NCBI GenBank assembly: GCA_051294375.1
Contig: CM119266.1
Span: 20,872,780 to 20,936,779, forward strand
Length of the DNA: 64,000 nucleotides
From: Paraspadella gotoi
Lineage: Eukaryota > Animalia > Chaetognatha
Direction: 5' to 3'
How positions within the stretch are numbered: the stretch's first letter is position 1; each line of letters starts with the position of its first letter. This document shows positions 1-11,700 of this stretch, piece after piece. Made by a program: the position numbers and the translations under genes. A model generated the notes under the pieces. It was not told the origin of the DNA, searched no databases, and was given only the letters and a program-made list of their open reading frames with translations.

Positions 1-3000
1 AGCAACGATGACTGCATCTCGACCGGCGACTCGGCGTCGCTAAAGATGGCGTTAAGGACGTTGGCGTCGCCGGTTTTCTCGATGTTGGACTTCGCCGTCT
101 GATTGATATGTTTCTTCAGTTTCAGACCTGAAACTTTGACGTCGCCTCGCGAATTCGTCGTCTCAATTTCGATTCTTTCTTCTCCTCTATCTTTTCTCGC
201 TTCCAAAGTCTCGGCGTCGATCGTCTCCGATATTTGAAATCTTTGCATCTCTTGGAACAGCTGGTCGACTCCGGGAGAGGTCACGGCGAAGCCCTCGGCG
301 TTTTCGTCGTCGACCGTCTCTCGAAGCGGCGTGCTCGTCTTGGAAAAGGTCGTAGCGAAAAAGTCTATCGCCCGTCGAGGGAATCCCGCGCCGACGACGT
401 CGACGGAGCCGATCGGATCCTCGAAGGTCAACTCGATAAAGTCTTCCGTCGCCAACTGCTCCTCCGCCACGCCTCCTCCTCCTCCGCCCCCGCAGTTAGA
501 CGTCTCGGAACACCGTCGCGACTTCGTCCGGTTCCCCGCGCTCACGTAGACGATTTCGCCGGTCTCCGTGATGCACGGGATGCTCCTCTGAATTTGCGAC
601 GGCGCCGTCAACGCCTCCATCTCCAGCGTTTCGTCGAGATCCCCGTCCTTGGATCTTCGCTGACGTCGTCGTCCCTGTTGTCGTCGTCGTCGTCGTCGTG
701 AGGACTTGTTCGTCAGTTTAGAGAAAGGGACGTTCTTTCTCGCCCGCCACTCGACGAGAGGGAGATGGTTCGCCCCCGTTCCCTTCTTCTCAACTACTTC
801 GTGCCCCGCCCTCCACGAATCACGATGACGCTTTCTCTCGCTTCTATCGCCGAATCCCTCGACCGAGATGCCGCTGTCCGACTCGGAAATGTTGGCGGCG
901 TCGAAGATGGCGGTCGCGCCCGATCCGCGCCTCTTATCGACCGCCGTATCCCAACGCCGAGCGACGATGCCATCGGGACGCCGACCGCAGTCCTCGCCGC
1001 CGCCTTTAGAACTCTTCTGTCGTCTCTGGATGACTTCGGCTGCCTTCGCCAAGTAGGATCGACAGAGGTCTTTCTCGCCATAAGTCGTCGGCAGAGACTT
1101 GCAAGTTCTAAAGCTTCTCAGCGGCGGCGGAGGCAGCGGCGGCGGCGGTGGCGCCACCCGCATCTTCTTCTTGGCCCGTTTTTCAGCGTCGTTCGGGCAC
1201 CGCCTCGTCGCGACCTCGCCTCGTTTCAAGATCAGAGGGATTTTGGCGTCGTGGCAAAACCTCATCGTCACTTTCTTGACTGAATTCCGTTGAACTGGAG
1301 TCGTCGTCGTTTTCGTCGTCGATGTCGTCGTCATCGTCGTCGTCATCGTCGTCGCCTGGTTCATCTCTCTCATCCGCGTTTTCACGGGCAGAGCGCACAA
1401 AACGCTCTCGATGTTTTCCATGACGTCCGCAAGAGGCGTCGTATCCTCGTAGGTGAAAGGTGCCACTTTGACGCGCCGATCGGTCGCCGACGGATCGGCG
1501 CATACCGGCGCGGAAAACGAAACGACCAGGCTGTTGTTGTTGTTGTTACTGTTGCTATTGTTGTTCGACTCTACGGTTTGCTGTTGCTGCTGACGAAGGT
1601 GTTGTTTCTCCTTCGCATCGAATTCGTCGAGAAAGTGCTTGTCATCCTTGATGTGGGGCATTGGGCTCACAGCCATGACTGGCTTGGTAAAGTTCGACCA
1701 GACGTTGGAAAGGGTGGTGTCCGTCGTCGTCGTCGTCGACGTCGTCGCAGCAGAACTCGCTGTTGTCGTTGTTGTCGCGGAAATCGTCGTCCTCAACGAT
1801 TCTTCTTCGCATTTCGATTGTTCATCGTAAAACTCGAAATCCTCAAAAATACATTCGTCCTCTTCCGTTTGCTGCTGCTGCTGCTGCTCCTGTGACAGAG
1901 ATGTTAAAATCTTCTCCTGCCGTTGCTGCAGCCGCGTTTGCTCCTTAATTTTTTTACGTTTCCGTCCGAAGGCAGATTCGAAGGCGATTTTCTGCGCGGA
2001 TTCTTCGTCCACGAAAACCAGGTCCACTTTCTTTGAAGGAATGCGTCGTCGTCTCATCCAGAGGCGAATCGTTCCGTCGACCGGAGGCTCGAGCGCCGAG
2101 TGTCTCGTCCGAGCAGCCGGCGTCGGGATTCGAGGCGTCGACGACGAAATGTTCTCGACGTCATTGACTCCATTTTCTCTTCTCCTCTTTCCAATCTCTT
2201 CCACTCTTCTCTCCGTCGGTTCTTTTTTCTCTTCGACCGAGGAAACTCCAAGAACCGCTTGCTCCAGCGCCACCTTCGCCTCTTGCCGAAGTTGCTTCGC
2301 CATTTGGCGCCGTAAAATGGCGCCGCGGGCTCCGTCGGAGGAGGACGTCCAAGCGGCGGCGGCGCCGAACCTTCGCGTCGCATCGTCGATTCCGTCCGAA
2401 ATTCGTCTCGATTCGTTTCGTTCGATTTCTCTTTTCCTCGTCGTCTTTTTCTCGATCCTCGATTTAATCTTTCTCAGTTTTGATTTAAATATTTTTCTAC
2501 GATTCCATTTTTTATGAGAACGAGCGTCGTCGTTGACTTCGTCGTTGTCATCGTCGTCGTCTTCGTTTCCTCGTTTCTCACGATCGAATCTCGGCAAAGT
2601 TCCAAGTTTCGCGTTTTCTTTTTCATTCGTCGTCGTCGTTGTTGTCGTCCTTTGTTTTAAAAGACAAGAAACCGGCAATTTTTCCTCGACGTCGTCGGGC
2701 GTCGTCGTCGTCAGCGTCGGCGGCAGCGTCGGCGGCAGCGTCGACGGCAGTCGCGGTATCGGCGTCGGCGGCGGTGACGATTCTCTAGTTGGCGTCGTGG
2801 ACTTTGTCATCGACGTCTCTTCCGTCGAATCTGAATGTCTTCTTCCCTCAACTTCTATTTTCTCGACTTCTTCTGTTTCCTCCTCTTTCTCCTCTGTCGT
2901 CACTTCTCTTTCCTCTCTTTCCAAGTTTCCCATCTCTCTCCTTTCTTCCATCTTCTTCCTCTCCACATTTGCCATCTCTTTCCTTCCTTCTTCTCCCTCG

Positions 3001-6000
3001 TGCAAAATCTCGTCTCTTTTCATGAGAATCGTGAAGTGCGACGACTCAGCAGCACCGCCACCGCCACCACCCGACCCCGCCTCCGCCTCTCCACTCTCTT
3101 CACCACCTCCTCCCACTTTCGCAACACTCTTCCACTCGACTCTACCACTCTGGAATAACACGGAGCCGTGAGTCAGAAGGAGAGAAACACCTGCCGAAGA
3201 ATAGAGGGAGGAGGAGGAGGAGGAGGAGGGCCTCCCGTCTTCGTTTTGAAAGAGAGAGAAATTCGAGATGAAGTGACGAGGAGGGAGAGAGGGAGAGGGT
3301 TTTCGGCGCCGGGAGGAATCGGCGTTCCAACGGCGGTCCGGCGTTGTCGGCGCCGAGAAATCGGCGGGCGTTCCGGCGACGAAGCCTTCATTAACCAAAT
3401 GATTATCGATCGGTCGTCGTTGGACAGATGGCCTCGTTAAATTCACAGGAGGAGGAGGAGGAGGAGGAGGAAGAGGAGGAGGAGAAAGCGATGAGGTGGA
3501 AGTGAAAAAACTTTCCCTTTTCTCAGCGACTTCGAAACGTCGGTCGTCGACCGGCGAGAGCGACGCCGATTGGTCAGACGAGCTGAACTCGGTACGTGAT
3601 TGGTCGACGTCGATTGTCCAGTCGCGTCCCTCGGTCAGCGTGACGATAACGTGACAAGCGTCTGTTGAGTTGATATCGGAGAGCGACGATGAGGACGGAT
3701 TTTTGAGTTTTTCGCTGATAACGCCGTCGTCGTCGTCGTCGTCGCCGTCGACGTCGTCATCCCTATCCACTCCAGCGCCGCCAGTGCACGTGACGGAGGC
3801 GAAGGGGCGCCCGAAAGTCGTGCCGATGGCGCAGGACGGCGCCGAGCGAGACAAGAAGACTTGACGGCGATAGGCGTCGGGAACGAACGTGCGAAGGACT
3901 GTAGGATAGGGTAGTGGGATAGGGTAGTAGGATAAGGTAGTAGGATAGGGTAGGGCAGATGTGGTGGGGAAAGAGAAAAAAAAAGATAAAGGATTAGCAT
4001 TTTTGTGATTTTTCGATTAAAATCTAAATTTCATTAACAAAATTAAACTTAACAGTCAGTTCCTTGCATTTTGATGCTAGTGAATATTGAGAGCATCCTC
4101 CAGGGACTGGCATAAAAATATCGTAATCCCCGATTAATTACTTAAGGAAGTGGTCCTTTTACACAATTAAAACATTTTATGAAATAGTATACCACTTCAT
4201 TTTTAGGGAAACCAGGTTCTCTGGGAGTAAATAATACAGAGTAGAGTCTGTGAGAGAGACTGTGCTTGAATTGTAAGTGTGATGGAGGGATAGCCTGTCC
4301 AAAATTTATTAAAATAATTGGTAATTTTAATATTGATTGTCCCAATTTCCTACTAATGCTATATTTAGACTGGGTGGCCACCAGCGCCACCACCAATCCG
4401 CCACCAGCGCAACCATTAACCCGCCACCAGCGCCACCACCAATCCACCACCAGCGCCACCACCAACCCGCCACCAACGCCACCACCATTGCCTCCTTTAA
4501 AAAAAAAAAGCGCAACGTCTTCTTTCGGTTGCGACCTTAATTTCCCCAACGTACGAAGCGATGACCTCGGAGGCCAAAGATAAAGACGCCGACGAAGGCG
4601 CCGCCGTCGTCGATGTCAGACGGCTTAGCTCAGGCGGTAAAGCCGTAGCGACGTGGCGGAAGATTTCCGGGTTCCTGACTCGGTTTAAGACAAGAGTTTA
4701 GAGGCTTTATTCCAGCGACTTTCCGGCAATGGCAAGGAATAAACGGTAAGGCGGGCCAAAATTGAACACTTTTTATAACTTTTAATTCTCTCAAAAAAAT
4801 TCTTTTTTTCCTTCTATTAATAAATCGATTTTCAATGCACACTTTTTGAAATAGTTCATTGAGTTGTCGCACTGAAGCTTTTAAATATTTATTAATATAT
4901 AACAAATGACAAAATTTTTTTTACAAGAATTAGTTTTTAAGAACGGATTCTATAGAACTTGAAAAGTTAAATGAAAGTTAGTACTACAATTTTTAAAATT
5001 TTGACAAAAAAATGGTTAAAAACAGAAAAAACGTTAAAAAATCATCATCATCATCACATTGGCTGAATTTTATAGTTTTAAAAATTTTTATCAATAAAAC
5101 AAAAAAATCTTAAAAATTTGTATTAATAACCTTTATCTAACTTTTAAAGCTCTATCAGAATCCATTAAAAAAATTGAAAAATTCAAAAAATTTTTTAACT
5201 ATATATAGTAATAAAATAATCTTTAAATGCTTCCGTGCGCTTATTAATAAGATAATTTTTTAAAATTATTTTTATTTTCATATTCTTTAACAGTCACTTT
5301 ATCATTATTTATTTGAGAGAACTTCTAGTTTTCAACCTGTTCTGGCCTAATAAACGGAGCTAAGATGTTTACTTCGATTAAAAATATATATTAATTGTAA
5401 AATTAGCTTTCTAAACAACTCACGAAAACCTCAGCCACAACAACAACAACCTTAACCCGGATGGCCCCGTTTTCTCAGCCGAAGTAAAAAAAAAAAGAAA
5501 AGAAAAGAAAGGAAAAGAAAAAGGTCGCGCGGGTGCTGGCGGGTGCCACGGGGTGCCAGTCTGCCAGATGCCATCGAGACGGCAGGTGTCGTTCGCAAAA
5601 ACGACAATAACGGTTGATGGATTTTTTTTCTTTCCTCCTTTTCTTTTTTTTTCTGAGCCGCTGGAGAAACGGAGGAATTTCAGGTCCTTTTTTTAGAGAT
5701 TGCCTTCGCCTTTTATTTCTTTTTTTCTGGAGGGGGGGTGGAGGGGGCGGAGCTAGAGGGGNNNNNNNNNNNNNNNNNNNNNNNNNNNNNNNNNNNNNNN
5801 NNNNNNNNNNNNNNNNNNNNNNNNNNNNNNNNNNNNNNNNNNNNNNNNNNNNNNNNNNNNNNNNNNNNNNNNNNNNNNNNNNNNNNNNNNNNNNNNNNNN
5901 NNNNNNNNNNNNNNNNNNNNNNNNNNNNNNNNNNNNNNNNNNNNNNNNNNAAGAAAAATCCTATTTCCTCCGTTTCTGGGAAAAAGGGAGGAAAAGGAGG

Positions 6001-7131
6001 AGGAGGAGGAAGTGGAAGGAGGGTGGTTGGCGCAAACGGGTTCGAAGGCGCTCCCGACTCAAAGTGGANNNNNNNNNNNNNNNNNNNNNNNNNNNNNNNN
6101 NNNNNNNNNNNNNNNNNNNNNNNNNNNNNNNNNNNNNNNNNNNNNNNNNNNNNNNNNNNNNNNNNNNNNNNNNNNNNNNNNNNNNNNNNNNNNNNNNNNN
6201 NNNNNNNNNNNNNNNNNNNNNNNNNNNNNNNNNNNNNNNNNNNNNNNNNNNNNNNNNNNNNNNNNNNNNNNNNNNNNNNNNNNNNNAAAAAAGAGACTTT
6301 GAATGAATTCAAGAGAATTATTGGAGGAAATTCTTTTTCTTTTTTTTTTTAAGCTTAGCGAAAAAGACCAAAACCGTTTTGTCTTAAAACAAGAACGGTA
6401 ATTCAAATGTGTTGCGCCGCGGTAAATGCCTTTTCACGTGTATTTATCGGGACATGACATGACGTGACATGACATGACGTGACATTACATAACAAGACGT
6501 GACATCACATGACTACATGACTACAATAACTTTCTTAGCACGTATGTTTATGACATGCACTGCATCAAAATTCTGTCTTTTATTTCTTTTTAGTTTTAGG
6601 ATTTCCTGAAGGCGGCGCTAGCAGTCCTTTAGTTTTTTTCTGTCTTAACAAAAGAGCAAACAACTATAGGCAAAGTTATATGCATTTTAATAAGTGGGAC
6701 AGACCGACGGACAGACATACCGACCGACGGACCGACCGACAGACCGACCGAAAAGTGACTTATAGAATTGCTCTGCGAGTACTCGCGGCGCAACTAAAAA
6801 AGGATGAATGGGAGACACTTAAAAATCAAAAGAGTCCACGAGACTGAAAGAATGCTAAACTAATATACAAAGAGAGAGAGAGAGACAGATAGGAGAGAGA
6901 GAGAAAGGGATAGACTTAATGAATTAAAAATATTGAAAAAGCGTGAGACAGTACATAAAATTTTAGTTAATAGCTAAATAGATAATGAACTGAATGAACT
7001 ACGTAAATAGACAAAGGTAAAAACTATTAGAAAGAAAAAAGGGATTAAGTTGATAAGATTAGGAGAAAGCTAGAAATCGTTGCCGCAATTCGCACCAAAT
7101 GCTAATGGATTTGTGGTACGACATTATTATA

Positions 7132-7172
<41 letters not shown>

Positions 7173-8628
7173 TCTCTTCTCTCTCTCAAACACGCACAGT
7201 CTGCTTTTGAAACGAAAGGGAATTTACGATGTAAGAATGCGATAAAAGAAAAAATTGTTGCGCCCACGAAAAAAAACTTTAGAATTTTGAATAAACGGGT
7301 GTGTCAGAATATGAATAAAAAAAGTTTCATTATGGAAGCGAGACGACAAACGAAGGATTGTGAGAGCTAGAGAGCGAGAGGAGACAGAGAGCGCAGAGAG
7401 AGAGAGTGTGTTAAAGAGGTAAACGCGAAGGGAACCAAGTTGTTCCGAGGCTAACAGAAGACAGAAGGAGGTTTGCTCGTTAATCCGTCACTCGTAATTG
7501 GCCCTAGAATTGCCATTTCGACAATCTACGTCTCCGATCCGAAATCCGCTGCCTTTTTGTATCCGCGCTTTGGGTGGCCCCTGGAATATAATGAGCTCCG
7601 GTCATGCGGCTCAGCACCTCTGTATTGCAGTTTTTCAGAGTTGATATTGTGATAAAGATATTATTCGTTGATGTTATTTCTTTGATCTTGACTCACCACC
7701 AGTGAAATAATAACTTTATTTTATTAAAGAAAACGCTATAATTAAATTAGTAAAATGCTTTTAAAAATATTTCCTAGTAGATTTATAGTATATATTCTAA
7801 ATTTTTCGGACGCCGACTCCCCCTTTGGATCGAATGGNNNNNNNNNNNNNNNNNNNNNNNNNNNNNNNNNNNNNNNNNNNNNNNNNNNNNNNNNNNNNNN
7901 NNNNNNNNNNNNNNNNNNNNNNNNNNNNNNNNNNNNNNNNNNNNNNNNNNNNNNNNNNNNNNNNNNNNNNNNNNNNNNNNNNNNNNNNNNNNNNNNNNNN
8001 NNNNNGAAAACCTCCGGAATCTAGAATGATTTATGGAGAAACCGGATGCCGCCCGCTAGTTTGTGACGCGGCAGAGTTTTTAAATCTCATTCTTCACTCT
8101 TTACTTCTCTTCTTTTCTTTTCTTTTCTTTTCTTTTCTTTTCTTTTCTTTTCTTTTCTTTTCTTTTCTTTTCTTTTCTTTTCTTTTCTTTTCTTCTTTTG
8201 GCGATGAATTTGTCGGTGGTGGGTGGCGGTGGATGCGGGGTGAGGATATCGTGGGGAAAGAGATAAGATGAGGTTTGGAGTTTTTGTACTAGGATTTTTA
8301 CTTAAAAATGTAAAGATATGTTTTTATATTAGTTTTATACATCAGTTTCGGCGATTTAGCAAAACGCTTCGACAAAACGATGTTCAGTTTTGAAATACAC
8401 GATTCTCGGTGACGCTTTGGCTGACACCGCGAGTGACTCTCTGAGTGACACGTTCGTTGGCAAAGAAACAGAATTCAGAGCCGTTTGTCACTATTCGCCT
8501 CGCGTAGCGCGAGGCGGCCGGCCGGATGATCGAGGTGCCGGCCCACCGGGACGCGGCCGGCGCAAACGCTACTCAGATCGAAAAACTCTTGCTTCATTTC
8601 CGATTCAGCTCTCTCCTTCTCTCTCACT

Positions 8629-8722
<94 letters not shown>

Positions 8723-11700
8723 TTTCTCTTCTTCCTTCTCTCTCCTCGTCTCTTTCCTCGCACACACTAGACCGGCCGGCATCGTTAATGGTTTTTCTTC
8801 TTATCACTTGCTCTATTCGAGGGATGACGTGAATTATAAAACGATGGGTTAAGTTGTTAGAGTAAATACATTACGTATTATTAAACGGACATTTATTTGT
8901 GATAATTCTTTCTTATTAAATTCTCTTAACCTTTATTCAATTTTAACAAAATCTCTTCGTACCTGAAGCGACAGAGTCGGCCATCGTGTTGAAGACGCGT
9001 TCCAACTTCTCCTCGTCCGCGATCCTCGTCGTCGCCGAGCGGCGCCACTTTCGGTCGTCACGTCGACGATCCACTTCACGGCGCCGCCCGACGCCGCTTC
9101 GAGGGTGGGTCTGGAGATGACTGGCGCCGGGCGCGCTTCGTCGCTCGCATCCGAACGTCAGTTTCGTCGTCGTCTTCGTCGTCGTCACGTTGGCTTCCAT
9201 CGCCTCGAGCGTCTCGTCCGCGAGATTCCTGGGGACGCCGTCCCAAACGCAGACGGCGACAACAGTGTGACGAAACTCGCAGACGTGATCGGAATGCGTC
9301 GCCACCAGCGCCAGGAGAGACTCGTCATCGCCTCGAATCAATAGCGGCGTCGTTGGTAAGGAATGTCGTTGCGGTTGTTGTTGTTGTTGTTGTTCTAGTG
9401 GAAATTCGTGACTCGAATTCGAATTATCTTCGCAGCTGAATTCTGATCTCGATCCTCGACGATCCTTTTGTTTCCACGTACTCGTCGGACCCCTATCATA
9501 ATTCAAAGTTACACTCGACGATGACATAAACGACCCTACAGGATCCGCCGCAGCCGCCGCAGCCGCAGCCGCCGCAACCGCCGCCGCCGAAGCGACCCAC
9601 TTCACTTCCCTGACGACAATTTCGGCGTCGGTCAAACACGATCTCTCACTCAACATCCGGCGGACGGCCGGAATGTCGGCACCGTGGCCCAAATCGGCAG
9701 ACGGAACCGGCGCAGACACTCCCGGACAATTGCATCGAACGCCGGTGGTTACATCCGGGGTTTGGGAATGTATCGTCATTACATCATGTTGAGGATCCGA
9801 GTTTGTTTCCGACGGAGAAGGATTCGTCGAGGTCGTCGTCGACGCCAGCGAGGGCGTCGGTGTGGGCGTCGACGTGGGCGTGGGCATCAAAGTGGGCGTA
9901 GGCGTCGAGAAGTGCGTGGAGTTCCTCGACGAAGACCGATCGTCGTGGTTGTCGCTCATCGGCGTCAACAGCGGGGGCGGTCGATGGGGAGACGCGGGGG
10001 AAGAAGGCGAAGGATGAGATCGAGGCTGATGGGGTTGATGGTGATGGTGATGGGGCTTGAGGTGAGAAGGCAGCTGAGACAGAAGACGATGGCGACCGAC
10101 ATCGTCGCGCCGATTCTCGACCAAACGACGCCAGCCGTCGTCGTCGTGATCGTCGTCGTCTTTATCGTCGTCGTCTCGACTCAAATCGAGATTCAAAATC
10201 GGAGGAACGAGATTGAAATCCGAAGAAGGAAATCGATGAAATTCGGAGGAAGTGGAGGGAGGTTGAAAGGAGGAGGTGGAGCAGGAAAGGAGCGGAGGGG
10301 GCGGAGTGGAGCTGGAGTTGAAAGGGAGAGTTGAGGTGCAGCTGGAGTGGAAAGGGGAAGTCGAGGTGGTACTGGAGTGAGAAGGGAGAGTCGAGGTGGA
10401 GCTGGAGTTGAAAGGGAGAGTCGAGGTGGAGCTGGAGTGAAAAGGGGGTGTCGGGGTGGAGCTGGATTGAAAAAGGAGAGTCGAGGTAGAACTGGAGTGG
10501 AAAGGGGAAGTCGAGGTGGAACTTGAGTTAAAAGGGAGAGTCGAGGTGGAGCTGGAGTTGAAAGGGAGAGTCGAGGTGGAACTGGAGTGAAAAGGGAGTG
10601 TCGGGTTGAAGGTTTTCGCTTCGTGATTTCGCTTCGATCCTCGATCTCCTTTCCTCCTTTCGAGTAGTTCCTCCCAACTTGGATTCGTCTTCCTTTCCTC
10701 CCTTCTTCCTTCCTCCATCCACCTTCTTTCCTCTCTCTCTCCTTCTCCCTCCCTTCGTCGCCAGCTGTTCCTCCATTCCTCCCTTTCTCCGTCGGAACAA
10801 TAAACGTTTTTTCGAGAGGCGAGAATCGAGGATTTCCACGGTTCGTCGCCGCACCCGCCGCCGCCGCCGCCGCCGCAGCCACCTCCTCCGGCGTTGTTGT
10901 TTTTTCCCTCATCACGTGACTCGGTCTCGTAGACACGTGACGAAAGAGAATCAGAGTCGGAAATTGATTTTCGTTTTTTCGCTTCTCCGAAATTTTCGAC
11001 GTTTTGGCGAAAGAGGAGAGGAGAGGGTAGCGGAGCGGATTCGGAAATAGGAGCAACGTAGGAGCGAGGCGGAAACCAAGAGTCGGGAAAGTGGAGCTGA
11101 GTTGGCGGATGATGAGCGGGTAAGGGCTGAGTCGACGGGTGAGGCAAGTGGGGCGAGTGATGGTGGGCTATGGGCGGGATATGGGGCGACGTCGATGAAG
11201 TATATGGAGGAGAAAGGGAGTGATAAACTGGATGATCGTTTAACTGCGCCTGTGGCTGGTGTGTCGAGATTGGATAGAGAGAGTGATGATTCGTCGAATG
11301 TGAGTTTGGCGGGAGGTGGTAGTGATTTGAGGGGCGTTCAAAGGCGGGAGGGTGTAAGGGATTGTGATGCGCATGCGCGAGATATTGAGTCGGCGGGTGT
11401 TGAGGCAGAGAGGCCGGGGGTGACGAGGGAATGTTAGGATGTTGTAGAGATGGCAGTGAAGTCAAAGGCAGATGATTATGCGGTGGCGGCAAAGAATCGC
11501 CGATCGAAAGGTTCGTTTGGGCAAAAAGACGAACCGAAGATGTAGAGAGCGGATCCATGGAAGGAGGATACAATGCAGCCGACGACGACGAGTGCGGCGC
11601 CGCCAGAGCGTTTCCGGCGCCGCTGATATCAAGCAAAGACGCCGGGTGTAAAGGACCGGCGTGACTCGGCGCCATCAACGGACGAATCGGCGCCATATTG

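Noticed and set aside
234-3864. Many plus-strand ORFs (e.g. 2041-2517, 2533-3171, 3670-3864)
   Set aside because: They are antisense shadows of the long minus-strand TET-like exon.
5614-8271. ORFs containing long X runs
   Set aside because: They are open only because they cross N gaps.
10305-10604. Regular 30-bp periodicity as a CRISPR-like array
   Set aside because: The units are contiguous with no unique spacers and lie in frame in a eukaryotic exon; no cas genes are present.
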